A stretch of 22,176 nucleotides of DNA, from IMG/VR virus record IMGVR_UViG_2585427971_000007, positions 1-22,176 of that record. One strand, 5' to 3'. Positions 17,241 through 22,176 of this stretch are shown piece by piece. The notes under the pieces were generated by a model. It was not told the origin of the DNA, did no database searches, and saw only the letters and a list, made by a program, of their open reading frames with translations. The DNA is from a virus. Taxonomy: Duplodnaviria; Heunggongvirae; Uroviricota; Caudoviricetes. The stretch's first letter is position 1. Every line of letters starts with the position of its first letter. The position numbers and the translations under genes were made by a program.

Positions 17241-17491
17241 CAGCGGTACTCCTTACGTTGTTTCTGAGCCAGCAGACGCTCCAGCATTTTTTCCAGCTCA
17301 TGCAGGCTCATATTCAGGGCGCCAGTCAGTCCGGCAGGCGCTGTGGTTTCCCTGCCATTGAGGAAAAACTGAGGATTAAAGCTGACCTGGATACCACCAG
17401 ACGTTCCACCGCCGGTTGCAGCTGCACCACGGCCTGAATATCCGGCAGCCAGGATTTCAGGCGAGGGGATACGGGGAACATCCGGTGTCAT
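17240..17491 (-). CDS. Small hypothetical tail-module protein (83 aa), Gly/Ala-rich
   Basis: Start overlaps the tape-measure stop (ATGA); low-complexity composition lowers confidence. Confidence 0.45.
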   Translation of the reverse strand: MTPDVPRIPSPEILAAGYSGRGAAATGGGTSGGIQVSFNPQFFLNGRETTAPAGLTGALNMSLHELEKMLERLLAQKQRKEYR

Positions 17492-20451
17492 CTCATTTGC
17501 CAGACGTTGCCCTGGTAAAATCGATGCCCGGGTGGAGAGCGGAATAGCGGCATGGAAGACAAACTATTGATTACGGCTCCGATCGCATTTTTAGCAGACG
17601 ACATAAACCCATTGATATCGGGCAACGGCATACTGAAGCGAACACCTGAAGTGTTATCCCGTATTTCTGGCCCCTGAATGCTCACGGGCATTCTGGGGAG
17701 CAGTTCACTGGCCATTCGCTGCCCGGCCAGAGCTGCAAGCGGAGTGGTCCGCTGCAGGCCAATGGCGGCCCCCTGCGCGATATTGTCACCAAAGCCCATA
17801 AACACGCGGCTCGGCGAATGAATGCCCAGCTTTTCGCTGAACCAGCCACTGATGCTGTCACCCATTCCGGTTACACTGGATTTGAGCGACTCCCATTTGT
17901 TTTTGATACCGTTAATCAGACCGTCGACAAGATGGCCACCGAAGTCGGTGAACTTTGCCGGCAGATCAACACCAAGATATTTCAGCGCAGCTGCAAAGGC
18001 TTTATAGAGCAGACCTGCCGGCGACCAGTTAATCAGCAGCTTACCAGTTCCCGCGATACCGCCGTTAAAGGCTTCCTGAATGTCAGCCCAGCACTGTTTA
18101 AACCAGCTACTGATGCTGTCACCCATTCCGGTTACACTGGATTTGAGCGACCCCCATTTGTTTTTGATACCGTTAATCAGACCGTCGATAAGATGGCCAC
18201 CGAAGTCGGTGAACTTTGCCGGCAGAGCAACGCCGAAATATTTCAGCGCAGCCGCAAAGGCTTTATAGAGCAGGCCTGCCGGCGACCAGTTAATCAGCAA
18301 CTTACCAGTTCCCGCGATACCGCCGTTAAAGGCTTCCTGAATGTCAGCCCAGCACTGTTTAAACCAGCTACTGATGCTGTCACCCATTCCGGTTACACTG
18401 GATTTGAGCGACCCCCATTTGTTTTTGATACCGTTAATCAGACCGTCGATAAGATGGCCACCGAAGTCGGTGAACTTTGCCGGCAGAGCAACGCCGAAAT
18501 ATTTCAGCGCAGCCGCAAAGGCTTTATAGAGCAGGCCTGCCGGCGACCAGTTAATCAGCAACTTACCAATTCCCACAATGCCGCCGTTAAAGGCTTCCTG
18601 AATGTCTGCCCAGCGCTGTTTAAACCAGCCACTGACTGCCCCCCAGTTGCGGTAGATAAGGTAAGCTGCTGCCGCGACAGCGGTGATAACGAGACCGATG
18701 GGATTCATCATCAGCGCACGTCCAATCCAGAGAACAGCACGTCCGGCGAGCATAATTCCGCGAACCAGCCCCCCGGAGAGCACGCCACTCAGTGTTCTGG
18801 CTCCTTTGGCGACGGCGCTAAATCCGGTCACCAGCCAGCGGAGCTTACCGCCTTGCCCCAGTGCGAGCGACAGACGAAGCCAGTTGGCCCGAAGTAAAAC
18901 AGCATTTTTCCAGACACTTACAAAGGGGGAAATAAGGAGATTCAGCCCCAGTTTGAGACCAACAGTCGCTATCTTAATCGCAAGGAGCGCACTGATGAGC
19001 TTAAAAGCCCCACTGACAAATTGCGGGTGAGTCGCTACCCAGTGTTTTGCCCCCTGAATGAGTGGAAGCAGTTCCTGAGTCAGAGAAATAAAAGATGGAG
19101 CTAATTGATCGCCCAGCGTAATTGCCAGATCACGACTGCTGACCATAAGTGCTTTAGTGGCTTCAAGGGGAGATTTCAGCCGCTGATCATAAGCACTGGC
19201 AAGCAAATCGTTATCCGCAGCCCTGAGAGCACCGGCACGGATCTCTCGATATCTGTCCATGTTGGCCAGCATCGGGCGGATAAATGCCATGACCTGCATA
19301 TCCGCGAACATATCGCCCAGACCAAAGTTTTTCGCCAGAGCCTGAAGTGCCTCATCTCTTGCCGTATCATTCTTTATTTTCATGGCTGATTTGAAGCCGG
19401 CCAGCGCTTCGGGGCTTTTGGCATTGAGGTAACGTTCTATAACACTCAACATCCCTTCAATCGGAGAGATCCCCGCAGCTTTATAACTCGCAATAGATCC
19501 CTGCAAATCAATACCCAGATCAGCAAACTGTTTCTGAGTATCGCGGGCAAAAATTTTGGTAAGAAAGTTTTTAAAATTATTGGCTGCTTCGTCGGTGGAA
19601 CCTGCACCGATTTTTGCTATCTGGAGACTGGCCCCGATTTCAGCAACAGCCTCTTTTCCACTGGCAATACCCGCCATCATTGGGGCCAGGGACTGCATCC
19701 ACTTGACCTGATCCGGGATTTCAAATGACCCCTGGTCACCGGCATAAGCCATAATATTCTGAACGGCACCAAAATCTCTGGCCGCACCTTTCAGGGAGTT
19801 TTGCCAGACTGCGGCCACTTTTGCCCAGTCCTGAGCAGACGTGCGTGTTGCCGTTGCCGCGCGGGCAATATCCGGCATCAGAAAACCGATATCTGACACA
19901 TTATCAATATTGTCGCTGATGAGTGAACCCACCGCCTCCTGCAGCTCATCCTGATACTGATTGTATTTAAGCGCCCAGCCTTTTATCTGTCCGGCAAGTG
20001 CATCCCGCGTTTTATTGTCATATTTTGCGGTGATCGACATATCAATCATTTTGTCCTGAAAAGACATGGACTGCTGAACGGCAGGGGAAACCGTATGATA
20101 AACAGTCTGTGCCATGCCATACGCTTCAATCCCCTGACCATACAGCGCCATGCGGTTAGCTTTCAGCGCATCACTGGTAGCGGATGCCGCTGACAGACGG
20201 CGCTGCTGGCGCTCAATTTGCTCCATGGTGCGGCTTACCCGCAGCAGCTCGCTGTTGAGATGCTGCATCCGGGAAGAACCCAGTTGACCATAACGTTCTG
20301 TTGCACGGGTTAAAGCGTTCTGACGTTCCTGCAGGCGGCGTGAGGTATCGCTCAGGGAATCAAGCGCACGGCGGGTACCGCTCATTGCAGAACGGAATGT
20401 GCTACCAATCATCCCGCCGATAACAACGCCGACTGAAAACTGTCCCGACAT
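17488..20451 (-). CDS. Tail tape measure protein
   Basis: 987-aa ORF with GGAGG RBS, coiled-coil-rich N-terminus, hydrophobic central segments, internal tandem repeats; position after the chaperone pair. Confidence 0.9.
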   Translation of the reverse strand: MSGQFSVGVVIGGMIGSTFRSAMSGTRRALDSLSDTSRRLQERQNALTRATERYGQLGSSRMQHLNSELLRVSRTMEQIERQQRRLSAASATSDALKANRMALYGQGIEAYGMAQTVYHTVSPAVQQSMSFQDKMIDMSITAKYDNKTRDALAGQIKGWALKYNQYQDELQEAVGSLISDNIDNVSDIGFLMPDIARAATATRTSAQDWAKVAAVWQNSLKGAARDFGAVQNIMAYAGDQGSFEIPDQVKWMQSLAPMMAGIASGKEAVAEIGASLQIAKIGAGSTDEAANNFKNFLTKIFARDTQKQFADLGIDLQGSIASYKAAGISPIEGMLSVIERYLNAKSPEALAGFKSAMKIKNDTARDEALQALAKNFGLGDMFADMQVMAFIRPMLANMDRYREIRAGALRAADNDLLASAYDQRLKSPLEATKALMVSSRDLAITLGDQLAPSFISLTQELLPLIQGAKHWVATHPQFVSGAFKLISALLAIKIATVGLKLGLNLLISPFVSVWKNAVLLRANWLRLSLALGQGGKLRWLVTGFSAVAKGARTLSGVLSGGLVRGIMLAGRAVLWIGRALMMNPIGLVITAVAAAAYLIYRNWGAVSGWFKQRWADIQEAFNGGIVGIGKLLINWSPAGLLYKAFAAALKYFGVALPAKFTDFGGHLIDGLINGIKNKWGSLKSSVTGMGDSISSWFKQCWADIQEAFNGGIAGTGKLLINWSPAGLLYKAFAAALKYFGVALPAKFTDFGGHLIDGLINGIKNKWGSLKSSVTGMGDSISSWFKQCWADIQEAFNGGIAGTGKLLINWSPAGLLYKAFAAALKYLGVDLPAKFTDFGGHLVDGLINGIKNKWESLKSSVTGMGDSISGWFSEKLGIHSPSRVFMGFGDNIAQGAAIGLQRTTPLAALAGQRMASELLPRMPVSIQGPEIRDNTSGVRFSMPLPDINGFMSSAKNAIGAVINSLSSMPLFRSPPGHRFYQGNVWQMR
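17840..18640. repeat. Tandem array inside the tape-measure gene: ~3 copies of a 261-bp (87-aa) unit
   Basis: Protein repeats WFKQCWADIQEAFNGGIAGTGKLLINWSPAGLLYKAFAAALKYFGVALPAKFTDFGGHLIDGLINGIKNKWGSLKSSVTGMGDSIS; plus-strand shadow ORFs recur every 261 bp. Confidence 0.9.
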
Positions 20452-20526
20452 AGTGGTTAACCTCCGGGGAAGGTGAAAAGACGTGAGGGGATAACGCAGA
20501 ACAGCCGCTACTGGCGGCTGTCTGTA

Positions 20527-20630
20527 CTATGATTTGTCGCCGTACTCGCTTTTTATTTGCTCTTCAGCCTGCTCCAGCCACATCTCCAGATCGTCAGTAT
20601 CGAGGGCATCAATCTCCCCCGGCTGAAACC
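20527..20630 (-). other. Putative frameshift extension (E'-like) of the tail assembly chaperone
   Basis: Second frame stays open past the chaperone stop and encodes an acidic tail (DALDTDDLEMWLEQAEEQIKSEYGDKS); G-run CCGGGGGAG followed by UGA at the overlap. Confidence 0.55.
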
Positions 20631-20944
20631 GGAACCATCTCGCCAGCAGCCCCTGCGCCTGCGTCAGCGCCCTGGTTGCTCTCACCCATCCCCGTGATGA
20701 GCTGAAATCGTTTCTGTAACTGCAGGTAATCAGCCAGATCCATATTGTCGAGATCTTCCGGGAGAAGACCAGTACTGCGGGCAATCAGCGGTTCGTCCCA
20801 GTCTGCCGGGTTTTTGCTGATTTTGCGCACCTGCTTCAGGTCTTTTACCGTCAGGCGTTTCAGTTCAACCAGCTCAATTCTGGTGCCTGCAGCAGTGGTG
20901 AAGGGATAAGACAATTTAAAAGTATCGGATGGGGTCTGTGACAT
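20609..20944 (-). CDS. Tail assembly chaperone (P2 gpE-like)
   Basis: 111-aa ORF with CAGGAG RBS immediately upstream of the tape-measure gene, overlapped by a second ORF in another frame. Confidence 0.75.
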   Translation of the reverse strand: MSQTPSDTFKLSYPFTTAAGTRIELVELKRLTVKDLKQVRKISKNPADWDEPLIARSTGLLPEDLDNMDLADYLQLQKRFQLITGMGESNQGADAGAGAAGEMVPVSAGGD

Positions 20945-21041
20945 GATTGTGCTCCTGTGTAAGTTCAGGGCAGTATGTCGGGAGAAGCGCGTGACGGATA
21001 TTAAAGGAGATTAAGAAGAAGGGGCCGGAGCCCCTGTGATG

Positions 21042-21290
21042 TCAGCAAGTGCGAAACCCCTTGCAGTTACGCAGGAAAGCGATGAGAAGCGTCTTTCCCT
21101 CAGATTTGCCGATGCCGGAGAACCAGTGGTCGGGAGGCTCCCATGCTTCAATCAAATCCGCCAGTTTGCGGGCCTTTGAACGTGTGCAGTCAATCGGGTC
21201 ATTGGTTTTACGGGTATTAAAAAGGGTTTCCACCCCCGGAATATCAAGGAGGGTAAACCACGTACCATTTGACATGCCAGTGCCGCACAT
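21042..21290 (-). CDS. Hypothetical tail-module protein (82 aa)
   Basis: ATG preceded by a strong AAGGAGG RBS; lies between the tube and chaperone genes. Confidence 0.5.
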   Translation of the reverse strand: MCGTGMSNGTWFTLLDIPGVETLFNTRKTNDPIDCTRSKARKLADLIEAWEPPDHWFSGIGKSEGKTLLIAFLRNCKGFRTC

Positions 21291-21324
21291 CGTCCTCCTT
21301 TATCCGTCAGTTCAACACTCACCG

Positions 21325-21816
21325 TCAGCCCCCGATATTGATACGGTAGTCAGTCAGTTGATCAACACCGCCGACCCGGAAGATGTTGGCCAGATAGTCC
21401 AGTTGCAGCAGCTCTTCACCATCCAGTACCTGTCTGATATACGTGCAGGTGAAGCTACTGGAGAACTCGGCGTTCTCGTGCTGTTTGAACGTCCCCAGCG
21501 GGTTCTTCTTGAACATAATCGTCAGGAAGGTGACCAGCGGGATTTCGTCAATCAGCCCCTGCGAGCTGTAGCGCTGGACGCTGGAACGACACTGCAGTGC
21601 CAGCGACCTGTACGGGTTCGCGGCAGACAGCATCGGCATCGCGGTAAAAGCTGTTCCATTTGATTTCGCCTTCCAGTTTGTCAAAACCAGCCGGGAGTTC
21701 CACCTTACCCACCATCCCCAGCGCCTTGTGTTCCTGCATAATCATGGAGACATCGGGGAGTTTAACTTCCTCAGCCCGTCCCAGCAGGTTAGTACCATCC
21801 AGATAGATGTTGGCAT
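21325..21816 (-). pseudogene. Tail tube protein (P2 gpFII-like), reading frame interrupted twice
   Basis: Tube-like sequence is split across frames: N-terminal part NANIYLDGTNLLGRAEEVKLPDV...KLEGEIKWNSF in one frame with no usable start, C-terminal part ...FKKNPLGTFK...NIFRVGGVDQLTDYRINIGG in another; family match judged from recalled P2 FII features. Confidence 0.5.
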
Positions 21817-21834
21817 TTCGTGATGCGGTTTATC

Positions 21835-22176
21835 TCAATCTTTGACATCAGTTGCCCCTTTCAGGGTTAACAGGTATTCCGAGGTGATCTCAGTCTCAAA
21901 CGTCAGTCGCTCCAGCGGCGGTGGTGGCGTATATTTGTAGCTCAGCAACAGGTGCCCGGCGGCCAGCTCCGTCTCCGGATTGCGGGCCGGATCAAACCAG
22001 CAACGGAAGCCCAGTACCGCACCATCACCAGTCATTTTGCGACCGTAGGCGTTGACCGACTCCGTCAGTGCATCAATCAGCGCCTGAGTAATCGGCATGT
22101 CGATGTACTGGCTGAAATAACGAATGGACTCGTTGATCACATCACCGGTGCGGCGAACGTTCTCAAAGTTACGCAT
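21835..22176 (-). CDS. Probable tail sheath protein, C-terminal fragment (5' end beyond the window)
   Basis: ORF open to the window edge, immediately upstream of the tube gene; assignment by synteny only. Confidence 0.5.
   Translation of the reverse strand: MRNFENVRRTGDVINESIRYFSQYIDMPITQALIDALTESVNAYGRKMTGDGAVLGFRCWFDPARNPETELAAGHLLLSYKYTPPPPLERLTFETEITSEYLLTLKGATDVKD

Larger units (their letters stand above)
1003..22176. mobile_element. Prophage inserted immediately downstream of leuZ (integrase, switch region, P2-like tail module, Pin invertase); right end beyond the window; possibly defective
   Basis: Contiguous block of phage genes beginning with an integrase whose 3' end faces the tRNA; exact attL position not determinable from the window. 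Confidence 0.85.

Noticed and set aside
17818-18897. 359-aa plus-strand ORF and the repeated 61-62-aa plus-strand ORFs within the tape-measure gene
   Set aside because: They lie antisense to the tape-measure gene and their periodicity only mirrors its 261-bp repeats.
21049-21663. 204-aa plus-strand ORF across the tube region
   Set aside because: Arginine-rich antisense reading of the minus-strand tail genes; the tube and 82-aa gene on the minus strand explain the region better.

Overview
The window starts in an enterobacterial core locus: a complete pgsA, then the glyW-cysT-leuZ tRNA operon with its promoter and terminator. Directly downstream of leuZ, a prophage runs to the window edge at 22176. 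It carries a lambda-family tyrosine integrase and excisionase, a leftward early operon (Gam/Gp157-like protein plus a 738-aa protein with a C-terminal Rad52-like annealase domain), about 1.1 kb of repeat-rich non-coding DNA, and a short HTH repressor / Cro-like / CII-like switch. The rest is a P2-like tail module on the minus strand (partial sheath, tube, chaperone E/E', tape measure, U, X, D, V, W, J, I, fibre H, assembly G) ending in a Pin/Gin-family invertase with an invertible fibre C-terminus. Points worth a second look are the invertible segment with only one assembly gene, near-perfect tandem repeat expansions inside the fibre and tape-measure genes, a tube gene whose reading frame is broken twice, a chaperone frameshift with +1/-2 geometry, and the annealase fusion. 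I found no CRISPR array, reverse transcriptase or recognisable defence operon. All calls are made by eye from the sequence and ORF track; no database search was run.
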